A DNA stretch of 64,000 nt from Acidobacteriota bacterium (GTDB taxonomy: Bacteria > Acidobacteriota > UBA890 > WLXD01): assembly GCA_963666215.2 (NCBI GenBank), contig CAXWPL010000005.1, positions 64,001-128,000 on the forward strand, in the 5' to 3' direction. A model generated the notes under the pieces. That model searched no databases. It was not told the origin of the DNA and was given only the letters and a program-made list of their open reading frames with translations. This document shows positions 58,880 to 64,000 of this stretch, in pieces. The translations under genes and the position numbers were made by a program. Positions within the stretch are counted from its first letter, which is position 1; each line of letters opens with the position of its first letter.

Positions 58880-60336
58880 CTCGACGCTCCGCCACGGCTG
58901 GGGCCGCTCGGGGCTTCCGCGCGATGCCCTCTGCGAATCTTCACGATCACCGGAGTGCCGCTGAAATCGAATCGCTCTCGCAGTCGGTTCTCCAGAAAGC
59001 GCCGGTACTCCGGCGCCAGGCTGTTCTTGCCGCCGCCGGTGAAGACAACAAAAACCGGCGGCGAGGCAGCGACCTGCGTCAGGTACTTCGGGCGCGGGAT
59101 CCCGGGGCCGGTGTAGGGATCCAGGCGACGCGAGATCGATTCGAACATCGCGTTGAGCGGCCCGGTGGGCACGCGCTGTCGACGGTTGGCGCAAACCCTG
59201 TCCACCAGTGGCAGCAAGCTTGCCACGCCATCGGTCGTCTTCGCCGAGACGAACGCGAACAGCCCCCAGTTGATTCGCCCCATGCGGTGCCGGAGCTCGT
59301 CGATCCAGTCGGACGCCGGAGAACCCTCGATCGCAATCAGATCCCACTTGTTGACGATGACAATCAACCCACACCCGGACGTCTCTGCCTCGGCAGCAAT
59401 CGCGACGTCTTGGCGCGATAGGCCGATGGCAGCGTCGATGACCAGCAAGGCCACGTCAGCACCCCTCATCCGCTGTCTGGCAATCGCCACGCTCACGGTT
59501 TCGGCGAAGCTGTCGCGTTTTGCGGCACGTCGAATCCCCGCGGTGTCCACAATGACGTAACGCTTTCCGCCGCGCTCGATCGTGCTGTCGATAGCATCTC
59601 GTGTGGTGCCCGACACCGGGCTGACAATCACGCGATCGTCGTCAAGGAGAGCGTTCACCAGCGACGACTTGCCAACGTTCGGCCTGCCCACCACCGCAAC
59701 GCGCGGCGTTTCGGCAATGTCGACCTGATCTGCCATCGGTGGCTGTTCGGTTTCGGTGTCTCCATCGGTGGGCACCTCCACCGGCGGACCATCATCGACC
59801 GGAACCTCGCGAATGCTGTCGATGACCACGTCGAGAAGATCGGCCACGCCGAGTCCGTGCTCGGCAGAGATCCTGAACAGAGGATCGATCCCCAGCGAGT
59901 GAAACTCGGTGGCGTCGAGTCCTATCGACTTGGAGTCGCACTTGTTGACGACCAGAAACGTCGGTACGCCACGCTTGCGCAGCTCGAGGGCAACCTCCGA
60001 TTCGATCGACGCCGGGCCAGCACGTCCGTCGACGATAAAAAGCACGAGGTTGGCCGTATCAACCGCGACCAGCGCGTGATCCTGGATCAGCCGAACCAGC
60101 TCGTCGGACGACTTCCACTCGACGCCGCCGGTGTCGGTGAGCACGAACCGCCTGCCACCCCATTCAGCCTCGGCGCGATGTCGGTCGCGGGTCAACCCCG
60201 ATTGCTCGCCAACGATGGCGCGACGCGAGCCCAGGACACGGTTGAATAGCGTCGACTTGCCGACGTTCGGTCGGCCGATGATTGCGATCTCAGGTAACGA
60301 ATGGGTGTTCACGAAACTCGACCTTCGGGCGATCAA
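58876..60336 (-). CDS. der: Ribosome biogenesis GTPase Der
   Basis: Two GRPNVGKS P-loops, TRDR/TTRD, DTGG/DTAG, NKCD/NKWD, KH-like tail. Confidence 0.96.
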   Translation of the reverse strand: MIARRSSFVNTHSLPEIAIIGRPNVGKSTLFNRVLGSRRAIVGEQSGLTRDRHRAEAEWGGRRFVLTDTGGVEWKSSDELVRLIQDHALVAVDTANLVLFIVDGRAGPASIESEVALELRKRGVPTFLVVNKCDSKSIGLDATEFHSLGIDPLFRISAEHGLGVADLLDVVIDSIREVPVDDGPPVEVPTDGDTETEQPPMADQVDIAETPRVAVVGRPNVGKSSLVNALLDDDRVIVSPVSGTTRDAIDSTIERGGKRYVIVDTAGIRRAAKRDSFAETVSVAIARQRMRGADVALLVIDAAIGLSRQDVAIAAEAETSGCGLIVIVNKWDLIAIEGSPASDWIDELRHRMGRINWGLFAFVSAKTTDGVASLLPLVDRVCANRRQRVPTGPLNAMFESISRRLDPYTGPGIPRPKYLTQVAASPPVFVVFTGGGKNSLAPEYRRFLENRLRERFDFSGTPVIVKIRRGHRAEAPSGPSRGGASR

Positions 60337-60506
60337 AATGAATGGAAGCTGCGTCAGCGTCGCCCGTGAAACAGGCGTGGCCGGAGCGACCGGCCCCGCT
60401 GTAACGCTATGATATGCTGAGGTTTAGTCAGCGTGTGGACATCGGGTCGGGGCTATCGTGGCCTCACCGAATCCAAGCCTCGGCGCCGCCGAGCCGGTTC
60501 CGCGAG

Positions 60507-60797
60507 ATGGTCAAGGCAGACATCGTCGATCGCATCGCTCGGCAGGCTGCTATCCCCAAGATCAAAGCCGAACAGGCAGCCGAGCGTATTCTCGCCGCTC
60601 TCAAAGCCTCGCTGGCCCGTGGAGAGCGTATCGAATTGCGCGGCTTCGGTGTTTTCGAGGTGCGACCGCGAAAACGCGGTGTAGGTCGCAACCCTCGCAC
60701 GGGTGAGGAAGTCGTGATTCCCCCTGGTAACACGACCCGTTTCAAGCCCGGCAAGGATCTCAGTCGCTTGAACGCCGAGACCGACCCACCGCAGTGA
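60507..60797 (+). CDS. HU/IHF-family DNA-binding protein
   Basis: MVKADIV, IELRGFGVF, GRNPRTG, FKPGK. Confidence 0.93.
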   Translation: MVKADIVDRIARQAAIPKIKAEQAAERILAALKASLARGERIELRGFGVFEVRPRKRGVGRNPRTGEEVVIPPGNTTRFKPGKDLSRLNAETDPPQ

Positions 60798-61939
60798 GCA
60801 CGGCCGATACCGACGACTCCGCGCCGTCCACGGGCGCCGCGCCGAGGCGCGACGACGAGTTGTCGTGGACGCCCGTCTCTTCGCCAACCGCGCCGGTGGC
60901 AAGCTCGCCCGCCGCCGAACAAGCGGCACCCGCGGATTGGGCTCCCGACAGCTCACCAACACCCACGGTGCCCGTGCGCACAGAGCCGCCGGCGAGCCCC
61001 GTCGACTGGATCGACACCGGCCACGTGGCCGAGCCACGCGTTGTGCCTCGCCGTCGACCGGTGATGAACGTGCTGCTGTTCCTTGCCACGCTCGTCACAA
61101 CGACCTACTGGGGTTTTGTCAGCTACCAAGGCTTCTACGCCGTCGACGGCGGCGACATCGTGTTCAACCCGTTTGCCGCCCCCGGTCTGCTGCTCGCCGC
61201 AATTCCTCTCGGCCTTTCCGTGATCGCATTCTTGCTGGCGCACGAGATGGGGCACTACGTCGCCTGCCGCTACTACGACATCCCTGCGAGTCTGCCCTAC
61301 TTTCTGCCCTTCCCGTCGCCACCCTTCCTGTTGCCCGGAACCATGGGCGCGGTCATCCGCATCAAGGGCCCGATCTCCAGCCGTCGCGCGCTATTCGATA
61401 TCGCCGTCGCCGGGCCATTGGCGGGTTTCGTGGTGGCGTTGCCCATCCTCGCTGTGGGGCTCACCCAGTCGCGCGTAATCGACCCGCAGAGCTTCACCGA
61501 CGGTCGTATGCTGACGATGGGCGAGCCGTTGATCTGGGCTCCGCTTGCGGCGCTTTTTGCGCCCACGATGTTCGACGGCCAAGACCTGCATGTGCACCCC
61601 CTCGCGTTCGTCGGCTGGTTCGCCCTTCTGGTGACCTCGATGAACCTGCTCCCCGTGGGCCAGCTCGACGGCGGGCACCTGCTGTACGCCTTCAGCCGCC
61701 GTTGGCACCGTCCAATCTCACTGGCCGTTGTCGGGCTCATGACGCTGGCCGGGTTCTACCTCTTCCCGGGCTGGATCTTCTTCGCGCTGATGGTGTTCTT
61801 CGTGCTCGGCACCAAGCATCCACCGGTGCCACGCTACGACCAGTCCCTCGGCCCGATGCGAGTCGCGCTCGCGTTGCTGGCGGTGGTGATCTTCGTGGTT
61901 TCGTTCATGCTGGTGCCGATCCACGGGCTCGGCCTGTAG
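60794..61939 (+). CDS. Site-2 protease (M50) family membrane metalloprotease
   Basis: HEMGH, AGPLAG, NLLPVGQLDGGH. Confidence 0.92.
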   Translation: MSTADTDDSAPSTGAAPRRDDELSWTPVSSPTAPVASSPAAEQAAPADWAPDSSPTPTVPVRTEPPASPVDWIDTGHVAEPRVVPRRRPVMNVLLFLATLVTTTYWGFVSYQGFYAVDGGDIVFNPFAAPGLLLAAIPLGLSVIAFLLAHEMGHYVACRYYDIPASLPYFLPFPSPPFLLPGTMGAVIRIKGPISSRRALFDIAVAGPLAGFVVALPILAVGLTQSRVIDPQSFTDGRMLTMGEPLIWAPLAALFAPTMFDGQDLHVHPLAFVGWFALLVTSMNLLPVGQLDGGHLLYAFSRRWHRPISLAVVGLMTLAGFYLFPGWIFFALMVFFVLGTKHPPVPRYDQSLGPMRVALALLAVVIFVVSFMLVPIHGLGL

Positions 61940-62037
61940 CCTGACTGCCCAAAGGCGGCACGAGGGGCGCCGGCGAGTAACTACGGGCGGACGGCCGCGC
62001 ACGGCCTCGATCGACGCGAACCCGGGACGTAGAGACG

Positions 62038-63288
62038 CTAGCTCTTCGTCTCCGCTACCACACGTCTGATCTCGGCCTCATCCAGCACGCGATCAGAGCT
62101 CTTCGCGGCACGCAGAACGGCGCTGACGCGCTCTTCCGTGGGCTCGATGTGGTGTCTGGTCAGGCTGTGGATGACGTTCGAGGCGCCACTCATCGGGCCG
62201 ACCTCGATCTTCTGACGCCTTCCGACGAGCCCGGCGGGAACCCCGGAGTAAATCCGATCGGCGAGCCAAGTGTCTCCTTTGGCCTGCGCCTTGATCACGG
62301 CCGCCGCATGGACACCTGTCGCAGTGCGGAATGCGTCGCGGCCAACCACCGGGTAGTTGACCGGTAGCGGCATCCCCGTGGCTTCGGCGACGACGCGGCA
62401 ATACTCGCCGAGTCGGCTCAGATCATGGTCGATGAGGCCGGCGAGATGGCAATTGACCAAGATCTGATCCAGCGGCGTGTTGCCGCTTCGCTCGCCGATT
62501 CCCAGCGCCGTCCCGTGCACGCGATCGACGCCAGCATCGATGGCGGCCAGTGTGTTGGCGACGTCCAGCCCGCGGTCGCGATGCCCATGCCAATCGATCT
62601 TGACGGCCTCGCCCGTCCGTTCAACCACGCCGTGAACAAACCCGAGGAGCGCGCGCACCCCCTCCGGCGTGCTGTGACCAGCGGTGTCGCAGACGCAGAT
62701 CCGCCTCGCTCCGTTCTCGATTGCCGCGGTATAGAGGGCCCGAATTGTGTCAGGGTGAGCCCGCGTCGTGTCTTCCGTTACGTACATCACCGGCAGGCCG
62801 CGACCGACCGCATAGCGCACCGCGCTCTCGGTGTGCCTGAGTATCCGATCGAGACCCCATCCCTCGGCGTACTGGCGGATCGGACTCGAGCCGATGAAGC
62901 ACGCAGCCTCGATCGGCAGGCCGACGGCCTGAGCGATGTCGCAAATCGGTTCGATGTCGGCGACCAGCGTCCGCGCGGCGCAGTTCGGCACGATGGCCAG
63001 ATCCTCGTCGAGGATCTCGCGCGCCAGCCGAGTAACGTCTTGACGCTGCCGGGCCGAAGCACCGGGAAGCCCGAGATTCGCCGCATGGATGCCGAGATCG
63101 GCCATCAGATGCAGAATCCGGAGCTTCGTATCGATATCGGGGTCGCGCACCGAGGGCGACTGCAGCCCGTCGCGCAGGGTCTCATCGTTGAACTCGACGT
63201 GACGCTTCGGAGCGCCGCCGATGGTGTTCCAGTCGTAGATCAGCTCTTGAATCGAGTTGCCGCGGTCGCCCCCGTCGGTCGACGCCAT
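62038..63288 (-). CDS. LeuA-family (DRE-TIM) synthase lacking the regulatory domain
   Basis: DETLRDGLQ, EDTTRA, CDTAG, HGHRDRG, GIGERSGN. Confidence 0.88.
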   Translation of the reverse strand: MASTDGGDRGNSIQELIYDWNTIGGAPKRHVEFNDETLRDGLQSPSVRDPDIDTKLRILHLMADLGIHAANLGLPGASARQRQDVTRLAREILDEDLAIVPNCAARTLVADIEPICDIAQAVGLPIEAACFIGSSPIRQYAEGWGLDRILRHTESAVRYAVGRGLPVMYVTEDTTRAHPDTIRALYTAAIENGARRICVCDTAGHSTPEGVRALLGFVHGVVERTGEAVKIDWHGHRDRGLDVANTLAAIDAGVDRVHGTALGIGERSGNTPLDQILVNCHLAGLIDHDLSRLGEYCRVVAEATGMPLPVNYPVVGRDAFRTATGVHAAAVIKAQAKGDTWLADRIYSGVPAGLVGRRQKIEVGPMSGASNVIHSLTRHHIEPTEERVSAVLRAAKSSDRVLDEAEIRRVVAETKS

Positions 63289-64000
63289 CAGCGGCCTCTC
63301 CACGCCGGCTTGCGCTTCTCCAAGAACGCGTGCATCCCCTCACCCTTGTCTTCGGTGGCACAACAGAGCCCGAAATAGGTCGCCTCGATCGCCTGCCCTT
63401 CGTTGATCGCGGCCTCCAGCCCCTCATTCACCGCCGCCAAGGCGTAGCGCATGGCCTGCGGCGGCTTCGTCGCAAGCAGGGCGCCAAGCTCGCGAGCCCG
63501 CGTCATGAGCGCGTCGGCCGGAACCACCTCGGTCACCAGTCCGAGACGCTCCGCCTCCGCCGCGTCAAATTGACGCCCGGTGCAGATCAGCTCGAGCGCG
63601 CGCCCCTTGCCAACGAGGCGCGGGAGCCTTTGAGTGCCGCCGTGGCCGGGAATGATCGAGAGGTTGATCTCAGGCAATCCAAAGCGTGCCGACTCGGAGG
63701 CGATACGCCAATGACAGGCCAGAGCCAGCTCGCAGCCGCCCCCTAGCGCGTAGCCGTTGACCGCCGCCACCACCGGCTTGCTGCAGCGCTCGATACGGTC
63801 GAACGCGCGCTGACCAGCGAGCGCTGCGTTGCGCCCGTGGTAGGCATCGAGCGTGGCCAAGACGTTGATGTCGGCGCCGGCGACAAAAGCCTTCTCGCCC
63901 GCCCCCGTGATCACGATCGCTCGCACCTCCGAGTGGTTGTCGAGCCAATCGATCGCCGCGGCGATCTCGCTGATGGTCAACTCGTCGAGCGCGTTGAGCA
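63288..64000 (-). CDS. Enoyl-CoA hydratase/crotonase (5' end outside window)
   Basis: LNALD, AFVAGADI, GYALGGGCELA, FGLPE, GGTQRL, FLEKRKP. Confidence 0.93.
   Translation of the reverse strand, partial: LNALDELTISEIAAAIDWLDNHSEVRAIVITGAGEKAFVAGADINVLATLDAYHGRNAALAGQRAFDRIERCSKPVVAAVNGYALGGGCELALACHWRIASESARFGLPEINLSIIPGHGGTQRLPRLVGKGRALELICTGRQFDAAEAERLGLVTEVVPADALMTRARELGALLATKPPQAMRYALAAVNEGLEAAINEGQAIEATYFGLCCATEDKGEGMHAFLEKRKPAWRGR

Noticed and set aside
1-64000. CRISPR arrays, rRNA, prophage or defence genes
   Set aside because: No regularly spaced repeat-spacer pattern or diagnostic proteins were seen by eye.

Overview
GC-rich bacterial window. The protein families (VPS10/BNR hydrolase, acidobacterial-type VWA remnant, MqnD, KorAB) suggest Acidobacteriota, which is an inference. 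1-8.6 kb is the end of a Wzx-dependent polysaccharide cluster with two APH-like kinases, one fused to a glycosyltransferase. 8.66-12.2 kb is a triple-nested insertion: an IS256 inside the non-coding end of an IS110, itself inside the terminal inverted repeat of an IS6. Removing the IS256 in silico restores a two-loop bridge-RNA-like sequence. Its segments match both IS110 ends and the IS6 inverted repeat, and the predicted circle junction forms a 17-bp-spaced promoter. The rest is housekeeping and envelope genes (korAB, cpxRA-like, fcl, ppk2, xthA, nfuA, apt, der, HU, three tRNAs). These are interspersed with more than a dozen gene remnants caused by deletions, nonsense codons and frameshifts, while the core genes are intact. 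All calls come from reading motifs by eye; no database searches were run.
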